DNA of 64,000 nt, from assembly GCA_963676565.1 (NCBI GenBank), contig OY781089.1, forward strand, positions 1,120,001 to 1,184,000. The letters are read 5' to 3'. This DNA comes from Halarcobacter sp. GTDB taxonomy: Bacteria; Campylobacterota; Campylobacteria; Campylobacterales; Arcobacteraceae. The notes beneath the pieces are model-generated. The model saw only the letters and a list, made by a program, of their open reading frames with translations, was not told where the DNA came from and made no database searches. The position numbers were made by a program, and so were the translations under genes. This document shows positions 56,718-64,000 of this stretch, one piece after another. Each line of letters opens with the position of its first letter. Position 1 is the first letter of the stretch.

Positions 56718-57593
56718 ATGAAAAAAGAGACTTTAGAAAAAAATGTAAAAATTGCTAATAATATTATGTACTATATATACACACATATTGATACTACTAT
56801 TAATTTAGAAGAGTTAAGTTATGACTTAAATATTAGTAAATTTCATATGTATAGAATTTTTAAAGATGCTTTTGGAATAAATATTTATGAAAGTATTAAA
56901 TCAATAAGACTCCAAAAAGCTGCAAATCTACTCCTAACAAATAAGTACTCAACAATATCAAATATTGCAAATTTATGTGGATATAGCTCCCATTCCTCTT
57001 TTATAAAAGCATTTTCAAAAAGGTTTGAAATGTCGCCAAAGCAATGGCGAAAAGGTGGGTATAAAGAATATGCAGCAAAAATTTTGAAACAATCAAATAA
57101 AGCAATGAACTCAAAAGCAATTTTTTCTCATTTATTACCAACAATAGTAAAAATGCCTGAAATTGAAAGTTATTATATAAGAAATAAAGGTTATAACAAA
57201 AATATAAAACAAACTTGGCAAAAACTTCATACCTTGATTTTAAATAATGATATCAATGAATATAAACATATAGCATTACTTCATGATAATCCTGTTATTA
57301 CTCCACTAGATGAGTGTCAATATATTGCTTGCGTGCAGACATCACAAAAAGGTGAAGTTTTATCAAAAAGAGTTCCTAAGTTTAGAATTGCAAGTGGAGT
57401 ATATGCAAGGTTTGATTTAAAAGGTCATCAAGGGGATATTCTTAGATTTATTAATTGGGTATATCATGAATGGCTATTAAATAGTGATTATGAAACTACA
57501 ACAAAACCTTCGTATATCATTTATCATAAAAACAACTTTTTATCTGAAGATGATGAGTTTGATATTAGTTTTTATGTTTCTATAAATTACTAA
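56718..57593 (+). CDS. AraC-family regulator with GyrI-like effector domain
   Basis: N-terminal AraC HTH pair (SKFH..RIF, CGYSSHSSF) and HDNP..TP..ECQY.AC. Confidence 0.9.
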   Translation: MKKETLEKNVKIANNIMYYIYTHIDTTINLEELSYDLNISKFHMYRIFKDAFGINIYESIKSIRLQKAANLLLTNKYSTISNIANLCGYSSHSSFIKAFSKRFEMSPKQWRKGGYKEYAAKILKQSNKAMNSKAIFSHLLPTIVKMPEIESYYIRNKGYNKNIKQTWQKLHTLILNNDINEYKHIALLHDNPVITPLDECQYIACVQTSQKGEVLSKRVPKFRIASGVYARFDLKGHQGDILRFINWVYHEWLLNSDYETTTKPSYIIYHKNNFLSEDDEFDISFYVSINY

Positions 57594-57652
57594 ATTTATA
57601 AATTGATTAAAGAATTTTGATTATAATATAAGAAATATATAAAGGAGTAAAA

Positions 57653-58084
57653 ATGGAGTGTGAATTTCCATCAGTTAATAGTAATATTGAAGAGATTAAA
57701 GAGATTTTTGAAAATACAAAAACGATTGCAGTAATTGGTTGTTCTCCAGACCCAAGTAAAGCAAGTAATATGGTTGCAAACTATTTAAAAAATGCTGGGT
57801 TTAAAATGGTACCTGTTTATCCTAAAGAGGATGAAATTTTAGGGGAAAAGGTATATAGAAGTTTAAAAGAGATCCCTTTTAAAGTTGACATGGTTGATAT
57901 ATTTAGAAAACCTGATGTTATAGGACAAGTAGTTGATGCAGCTATTGAGCGTGGTGATGTTGATACAGTTTGGACTCAACTAGGACTTGTAAATAATGAA
58001 GCGGCAAAAAAAGCACAAGAAAAAGGTATGAAGGTAGTACAAAATAAGTGTACAAAGATAGAGCATAGAGCTATTTTTGAGTAG
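57653..58084 (+). CDS. CoA-binding protein (YccU-like)
   Basis: IAVIGCS, VDMVDIFR and WTQLG motifs. Confidence 0.92.
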   Translation: MECEFPSVNSNIEEIKEIFENTKTIAVIGCSPDPSKASNMVANYLKNAGFKMVPVYPKEDEILGEKVYRSLKEIPFKVDMVDIFRKPDVIGQVVDAAIERGDVDTVWTQLGLVNNEAAKKAQEKGMKVVQNKCTKIEHRAIFE

Positions 58085-59399
58085 ACTCTTTTTTAGATTC
58101 TTTCTTTTTTGGTATGGTAGTGTTTGGCAATATTAATGTTGCCACACAACCGCTTTTATCATCTGTTCTATTTTTTAAACTTACAGTAGCTTCTAGTGAA
58201 TCTGCAGCATTTTTAGCCAAGAATAATCCCAATCCAGCACCACTTTCTTCTCCCATTCTTTTAAATGGAGCAAAAAGGTCTATTGACTCATCAATACCTA
58301 CACCATCATCAGTTACTGTTATTGTTGTTGTATCAGGCTCTTTTTCCATTCTAATGGCAATAGATTTTTCATCGGGTGTAAATTTAATAGCATTTTGAAC
58401 AAAGTTTTGAATTATTTGATTTAATAAAGTTGGTTGAACATAAATTTCATGGTGATTTACATTTGAAAAAAATGTAATTACTATTTTTTTCTTAGCACTA
58501 AGCATTCTGTAATCATTAGTTTTTCTTTGTAGATATTTTACTAAGTCAATCTCTTCAGGTTTTTCAAATTGAGCACCTTCTGCACGACCAATATCTAAAA
58601 TTGAACTAATCATTTTATTCATATCATTAATTTGTTCAACTGTTAATTTCATTGTTTCTTGATATTTTTCAGCTTCTCTTTTTTTCATAAGAGCAACTTC
58701 ATTTTTTAGTTTCATAACAGCAAGTGGCGTTTTTAATTCATGTGCAACACCAATAAACAACTCTTTTTTAAATTTTATATTAGTTTCAATTCTTGTCATT
58801 AAAGAGTTTATTGAGTTTGCAAGTGGATGGAACTCAATTGGTAAATTATCTTTTTTTATTTGTGATAAAAAGTTTTCATCCATATTTGATAATTTGTTTG
58901 TAATTTGAATAATAGGTCTTAAAAGTGTTTTTGAAACTGTAAATGCATATAAAACTACCATTATCAAACCTCCAAAAGAGATCAATAAAAGGTTATTAAA
59001 TATCTTATTTAACATCTCAATAGATGAATCTATATTTTTTACAATTTTTATATATTTATTTTTTGTTAAATCAAAGGGATAAAGAATTTGAATAAAATGT
59101 TTATTTCCTACTTTAAAGTATGTGTATCCGCTTTGTGGAACGTTAAGTAGTTCTACTATATCAACATTGATTCCATTACTTGTTATAAGATTAAAATTGT
59201 TTGTATTTACATCTGAAGTTTTACTAACTTCTAAAATCAACTGTGCATCAGCATACAGTGAATCTTGAATTTCATCAAAGATTGTTGATTTTGTATATCC
59301 ATAAAAAATAAAAGATAAAATAATGATTAGTATTGAAGTAGCAATTACAAGCTTTTGATGAAATTGCTTGTAAATGCTCTTTGGTTTTAGAATACTCAT
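58071..59399 (-). CDS. Sensor histidine kinase, probable partner of HsrA/CosR
   Basis: Two TM segments, HAMP, AHELKTPL, QNAIKF and GAGLGL. Confidence 0.92.
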   Translation of the reverse strand: MSILKPKSIYKQFHQKLVIATSILIIILSFIFYGYTKSTIFDEIQDSLYADAQLILEVSKTSDVNTNNFNLITSNGINVDIVELLNVPQSGYTYFKVGNKHFIQILYPFDLTKNKYIKIVKNIDSSIEMLNKIFNNLLLISFGGLIMVVLYAFTVSKTLLRPIIQITNKLSNMDENFLSQIKKDNLPIEFHPLANSINSLMTRIETNIKFKKELFIGVAHELKTPLAVMKLKNEVALMKKREAEKYQETMKLTVEQINDMNKMISSILDIGRAEGAQFEKPEEIDLVKYLQRKTNDYRMLSAKKKIVITFFSNVNHHEIYVQPTLLNQIIQNFVQNAIKFTPDEKSIAIRMEKEPDTTTITVTDDGVGIDESIDLFAPFKRMGEESGAGLGLFLAKNAADSLEATVSLKNRTDDKSGCVATLILPNTTIPKKKESKKESTQK

Positions 59400-59412
59400 T
59401 TTTTAAAAAATA

Positions 59413-60093
59413 TTATGCTTCTTCTTGAGTATCTGGATAACAGAATCTATAACCTCTTCTTCTGATTGTTTCAATAGTAGAGATATTTAATGGTTTATCC
59501 ATTTTTTGTCTAATTTGGTTAATAGCAACTTCAATTACATTTGGAGTTACTAATTCTGGCTCTTCCCAGATAGCATCTAGTAATTGCTCTTTAGAAACAA
59601 TTTGATCTCTGTGTCTTGCAAGGTGAGTTAATACTTCAAAAGGTTTACCTTTTAATTCAATCTCTTCACCATTGAATTCAATTTTTTCTTCATCAGGGTT
59701 AATTGATAACTCATCAATCTCAATTATATTTGTTCCACCAAATCTTAATCTTGCTTCAATTCTTGCAAGTAAGATATCAAAATCAAATGGTTTTTTAATA
59801 TAATCATCAGCTCCTGATTTTAATGCTTCAATTTCAGAATCTTTATCATCTCTTGCAGAAAGGATAACAACTGCTGTTCTTGAGCTTCTGTTTTTTACGA
59901 TTTTACATAATTCAATTCCATCACCATCTGGTAACATCCAGTCAGTTAGAACTAAATCATAATTTCTAATGTCGATAAAATATTCGGCATCTTTATAGTT
60001 TTCAGCAGCATCTACTTGGTAACCAAAATCAGTTAGTCCCTCTTGTAGTGTTCTATTTAATGTGATTTCATCTTCAATAATTAATATTCTCAT
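59413..60093 (-). CDS. hsrA: Homeostatic OmpR-family response regulator HsrA/CosR
   Basis: IDIRNYDLVL, GKPFEVLTHLARH and VTPNVIEVAINQIRQKMDKPL motifs. Confidence 0.92.
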   Translation of the reverse strand: MRILIIEDEITLNRTLQEGLTDFGYQVDAAENYKDAEYFIDIRNYDLVLTDWMLPDGDGIELCKIVKNRSSRTAVVILSARDDKDSEIEALKSGADDYIKKPFDFDILLARIEARLRFGGTNIIEIDELSINPDEEKIEFNGEEIELKGKPFEVLTHLARHRDQIVSKEQLLDAIWEEPELVTPNVIEVAINQIRQKMDKPLNISTIETIRRRGYRFCYPDTQEEA

Positions 60094-60156
60094 TTAGACA
60101 TTCCTCTTATTAGTTTTTGTAAGCTTAAATTTAAGTTAAGTTTAAAATTGGTCGGC

Positions 60157-60165
60157 ATTATAACA
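60157..60165 (-). promoter_or_regulatory. Extended -10 promoter of hsrA
   Basis: Minus-strand TG-T-TATAAT. Confidence 0.6.
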
Positions 60166-60420
60166 CAAATTCAGTAAAATTTAAAGGTTTTCTAAGGTAA
60201 ATTTTGAAATTCTTTGAAATAATGTGCAAATTTTATATTATTTAGACAATATTTTTAGAAAACTATGAAAAATTATATTAAAATTGACTTAAAGTTTGAA
60301 GAAACAAGTTTTAAAGAACTCTTAATTTTGACATACTTTAATTAATTAAATACAACGTAGTTAACTTTTTATTAAATAAAAGAAGATAGAATATTGCCTA
60401 TTAAAAAAAGAAGGAAAATA

Positions 60421-61242
60421 ATGAGTTTATTTACAAAGAAAAGATTATTAACAAGTTTAATCGCATCATTGGCAATTTCGTCAATATCTTTAAATGCAGC
60501 AGATTATGGATCTGTAAATGGTGAGCAAATCACTAAAGAAGATATTGCAGTTGTGTTAAGAAATCCAAATGTAAAGTTTGATGATTTACCAAAAAAGAGT
60601 AAAGATAAGGTTTTAGAACAAGTTGTTGAGAAAAAACTATTAACACAAAATGCTGTAAAAAGTGGCGTTTCATCTGATGAAGAGTATAAAAAAGCATTAG
60701 AAAAACTAAAAGCAGATTTAGCTTTAGAAATTTGGATGCAAAAAGAGTTTAAAAAAGTTTCTGTTTCAGATAAAGATGCAAAAGATTTTTATAACAAAAA
60801 TAAAGCAAAATTCAAAGTTCCTGCAACACTAGAAGCTAGACATATTTTAACAAAAACTGAAAATGATGCAAAAGCTATCATTAAAGATTTAGATAAAGCA
60901 AAAGATAAAAAAGCAAAATTTGTTGAATTAGCAAAATCAAAATCAGTTGGTCCTTCAGGTCCAAAAGGTGGATATTTAGGTAAATTTACAGAAAATCAAA
61001 TGGTTCCAGAGTTTTCAAAAGCAGCAAAAGCTTTAGACAAAGGTAAATACTCTAAAGCTCCTGTTAAAACTCAATTTGGTTATCATGTAATTTATTTAGA
61101 AGATAAAAATCCTGCAAGTGATTTAGCCTATGATAAAGTAAAAGAAAAAATTAAACAAATGGTAGTTCAAGGTAAATTCCAAGAATATATTAAAAATAAA
61201 GTTGATGGCTTAAAAAGCAAAGCAAAAATTGTTATCAAGTAA
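60421..61242 (+). CDS. Periplasmic parvulin-type PPIase (PEB4/Cbf2-like)
   Basis: Signal peptide; ARHIL, GGYLG.F...QMVPEF and VKTQFGYHVI motifs. Confidence 0.92.
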   Translation: MSLFTKKRLLTSLIASLAISSISLNAADYGSVNGEQITKEDIAVVLRNPNVKFDDLPKKSKDKVLEQVVEKKLLTQNAVKSGVSSDEEYKKALEKLKADLALEIWMQKEFKKVSVSDKDAKDFYNKNKAKFKVPATLEARHILTKTENDAKAIIKDLDKAKDKKAKFVELAKSKSVGPSGPKGGYLGKFTENQMVPEFSKAAKALDKGKYSKAPVKTQFGYHVIYLEDKNPASDLAYDKVKEKIKQMVVQGKFQEYIKNKVDGLKSKAKIVIK

Positions 61243-61260
61243 TTTAATTAAGGAGAAGAG

Positions 61261-62328
61261 ATGGGTGTTTTAGAAGTTGTTAATGCAGGTGTATTAAGTG
61301 GTAGTGAAGCAAAAAAACTTTTTGCATATGCAAAAGAGAATAAATTTGCAATTCCTGCAGTAAATGTAGTTGGTACTGATTCAGTAAATGCAGTAATGGA
61401 AGCTGCAGCTAAAGTAAATTCACCGGTGATTATTCAGTTTTCAAATGGTGGAGCACAATTTTTTGCTGGTAAGGGATTAAAAACTGCCAATGCAGCTACA
61501 ATTGGAGCAATTTCTGGAGCTATGCATGTGCATGCATTAGCAGAATCATATGGTATTCCTGTAATTTTACATACAGACCATGCTGCAAGAAAACTTCTTC
61601 CTTGGATAGATGGTTTATTACAAGCTGGAGAAACTTTTTATGAAAAGCATGGTAAACCATTATTTACGTCACATATGCTTGATTTAAGTGAAGATACACT
61701 TGAAGAAAATGTAGGAACCTGTGTTGAGTTTTTTGAAAGAATGAATAAAATCGATATGATGATTGAGATTGAACTTGGTATTACTGGTGGTGAAGAAGAT
61801 GGTGTTGATAACTCTGATGTTGACAATGCATTGCTTTATACACAACCTGAAGAAGTATGTTATGCTTATGAGAAGTTAAGTAAAGTTGGAAAAAACTTTA
61901 CGATTGCTGCATCATTTGGAAATGTACATGGGGTTTATAAACCAGGTAATGTTGTTTTATCTCCAAAAATCTTAGATAATTCACAAAAATTTATTGAAGA
62001 AAAACATTCAACTGTTGCACAACCAGTTGATTTTGTATTCCATGGTGGATCAGGTTCTGCTCTTGAAGAGATTAGAGAAGCTATTGATTATGGTGTAATT
62101 AAAATGAATATTGACACAGATACTCAATGGGCAACTTGGGATGGTGTAAGAGAATATGTGGCTAAAAATCATGATTATTTACAAGGTCAAATTGGTAACC
62201 CTGAGGGTGAAGATAAACCAAATAAATCTTATTATGACCCAAGAAAATGGGTAAGAGCTGGACAAGAGTCTATGATTGCAAGACTTGAAGTTGCATTCTC
62301 TGACCTTTGTGCACTAAATAAAAACTAA
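61261..62328 (+). CDS. fbaA: Class II fructose-bisphosphate aldolase
   Basis: HTDHA, SHMLDLS, GNVHGVYKPG, VFHGGSGS and YYDPR motifs. Confidence 0.97.
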   Translation: MGVLEVVNAGVLSGSEAKKLFAYAKENKFAIPAVNVVGTDSVNAVMEAAAKVNSPVIIQFSNGGAQFFAGKGLKTANAATIGAISGAMHVHALAESYGIPVILHTDHAARKLLPWIDGLLQAGETFYEKHGKPLFTSHMLDLSEDTLEENVGTCVEFFERMNKIDMMIEIELGITGGEEDGVDNSDVDNALLYTQPEEVCYAYEKLSKVGKNFTIAASFGNVHGVYKPGNVVLSPKILDNSQKFIEEKHSTVAQPVDFVFHGGSGSALEEIREAIDYGVIKMNIDTDTQWATWDGVREYVAKNHDYLQGQIGNPEGEDKPNKSYYDPRKWVRAGQESMIARLEVAFSDLCALNKN

Positions 62329-62339
62329 ATAATATTTAT

Positions 62340-62362
62340 AAAAGCGTGAATTTCACGCTTTT
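62340..62362. terminator. Bidirectional terminator between fbaA and mgtE
   Basis: AAAAGCGTGAA-T-TTCACGCTTTT inverted repeat. Confidence 0.85.
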
Positions 62363-62370
62363 ATTTTTCT

Positions 62371-63738
62371 CTATAATAAAATTATTGTAGCTAAACCTAA
62401 AAAAGAAAAAAATCCAACTACATCTGTTACTGTTGTTAAAATTACCGTTGAACCAATGGCTGGGTCAATATCAAATTTTTCTAAAACAATAGGTATCACT
62501 GCTCCAAAAAATCCTGCACTTAAAAGATTTATCACCATTGATAAAGCAATTACAACACCTAAAAGTGGCATACTAAACCAAATAAAAGCAATTATTCCTA
62601 TAATAACTGCAAATAATAAACCATTAACAAGGGATATTAAAACCTCTTTTTTTATTGTTTTTTTTGCATCTGTATAAGATATCTCACCAAGTGCCATTTG
62701 TCTAACTGTTACAGTTAAGGTTTGAGTACCCGCATTTCCACCCATGGAAGCAACTATTGGCATAAGAACAGCTAAGGCAACTAAAGATTGTATTGTTGAA
62801 TCAAAAATACCAATTACAAGAGAAGCTAAGATTGCAGTTATTAAATTTATTCCTAACCAAAATGCTCTATTTTTTCCAATGATTACAATATCTTCTTCAT
62901 GTTCAGCTTCATCATTAACCCCAGCTAGTGAATAGATTTGTTTTGTATTTTGTTCTTGGATAATATCATGAATATCATCGTGTGTAATTCTACCTACAAG
63001 TTTTTCATTTTCGTCAATAACTGCTAGGGCACTTAAATTATAGTTTGTAAAAGTTTCAACAACATCAGAAATATCATCGTTATCTTTACAAGAATAGTTT
63101 TTGATTTTTTCTTTTGGTATATCTTCAAAATTTTGAGAATGTTCAAATAAGATAAGTTCTTCTAATCCTATTGTTCCAATAAATTTATCATCTTTATCAA
63201 TTAAATAGGCATGAAAAATATTATCTAATTCATTTACCTCTTTTAATTGTTTTAATCTTTTTAATGCAAGACCTATATTTTCATCTATTTTAGCACTGAA
63301 AAGCTCACTTTGCATATGGGAACCAGCAACATTATCTTCATAAGAATTTAGTTTTTCAATTACTTCTTTATCTTCATTATCAAGTTTAGAAAGAATAGTT
63401 TCAGCTGCATCCTCATGATCTTGAGCAATGTTATAAATAAGCATAGATGCATCATCACTATCCATTTTTGATACAATATTTGCAATTTTCTTTTCACTAA
63501 TTACTTCAGAAATCTCTTCTTGAACATAATTTGGCATTTCACAAAGTGTTTCAGCCAAAAGTTCACTTGGCATCTTTTTACAAATTGATTTATACTCTTC
63601 TTCATCAAGTTCTCTTAACTTTTCAAGTTCTTTAGCAATATCAAAAGGGTGAGGTGTCTCAATCTCATCTTTATAAGCAGAGATAATCTCTAAAAGATGG
63701 GATACTAACTCTTCAACACTCAAGTTTGTATCATTCAC
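62371..63738 (-). CDS. mgtE: Magnesium transporter MgtE
   Basis: MDSDDA, CBS pair, MGGNAGTQ and DPA...TTVTD motifs; probable GTG start at 63738 after AAGGAG. Confidence 0.93.
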   Translation of the reverse strand: MNDTNLSVEELVSHLLEIISAYKDEIETPHPFDIAKELEKLRELDEEEYKSICKKMPSELLAETLCEMPNYVQEEISEVISEKKIANIVSKMDSDDASMLIYNIAQDHEDAAETILSKLDNEDKEVIEKLNSYEDNVAGSHMQSELFSAKIDENIGLALKRLKQLKEVNELDNIFHAYLIDKDDKFIGTIGLEELILFEHSQNFEDIPKEKIKNYSCKDNDDISDVVETFTNYNLSALAVIDENEKLVGRITHDDIHDIIQEQNTKQIYSLAGVNDEAEHEEDIVIIGKNRAFWLGINLITAILASLVIGIFDSTIQSLVALAVLMPIVASMGGNAGTQTLTVTVRQMALGEISYTDAKKTIKKEVLISLVNGLLFAVIIGIIAFIWFSMPLLGVVIALSMVINLLSAGFFGAVIPIVLEKFDIDPAIGSTVILTTVTDVVGFFSFLGLATIILL

Positions 63739-64000
63739 TTTTCTCTCCTTTTTCATTTGTAATTAGTGCAAGATTATTAAGATTATATTTTTGTAGAAGA
63801 TCTAAAATAGTTACAACTCTATCATATGTTACATTTTTATCAATTCTAACAATAACTGCTTTTTTCTTGTCTTTTATCACTTTTAAACTCTCTTCTAAAG
63901 ATACTAAATTTACTTCGACACCTCTAATTGCTATTTTTTCAGAACTTAGCTCTATAAATACTTGGTCTTCTTTTATTTGTGTTTCTTTTGCATTTGCTTC
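63731..64000 (-). CDS. exbD: ExbD/TolR family protein, C-terminal part (5' end outside the window)
   Basis: Minus strand reads ...VIVRIDKNVTYDRVVTILDLLQKYNLNNLALIT...*. Confidence 0.82.
   Translation of the reverse strand, partial: EANAKETQIKEDQVFIELSSEKIAIRGVEVNLVSLEESLKVIKDKKKAVIVRIDKNVTYDRVVTILDLLQKYNLNNLALITNEKGEKSE

Overview
AT-rich chromosomal window from a Campylobacterota bacterium, most likely a marine or halotolerant member of Arcobacteraceae. Evidence for this: an HsrA/CosR regulator with an adjacent kinase, a PEB4-type PPIase, short HisG, and TGnTATAAT promoters. Most of the window is housekeeping, signalling and transport genes: hcp, dps, zupT, two MCPs, coaX-hisG, trpS, serS, ald, an Aap-type amino-acid ABC transporter, cobA, moaA, rpsO, a biotin carboxylase, fbaA, mgtE and exbD. 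No rRNA, tRNA, CRISPR array or IS element was seen. Two regions stand out. (1) 11.2-23.1 kb is a 10-gene ectoine/hydroxyectoine uptake and catabolism operon of non-canonical make-up: an EctB-like aminotransferase, an aldehyde dehydrogenase, the DoeA/EutD hydrolase, TeaABCD (TeaC carries an extra N-terminal exported domain), a Zn-free MDR reductase, a Ser/Thr-type proline-racemase-family enzyme and an M20 amidohydrolase. It contains no regulator gene. Instead it is preceded by an unannotated 49-codon leader ORF whose stop codon overlaps a terminator-like branched hairpin, a candidate ribosome-mediated attenuator. (2) At 4.0-5.1 kb, two copies of a conserved, covarying 5'-leader element (core AGCATTTGGCCGTGCA) precede small uncharacterised genes; this is a candidate cis-regulatory RNA that I do not recognise. 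All functional calls come from motif recognition by eye; no database searches were run.
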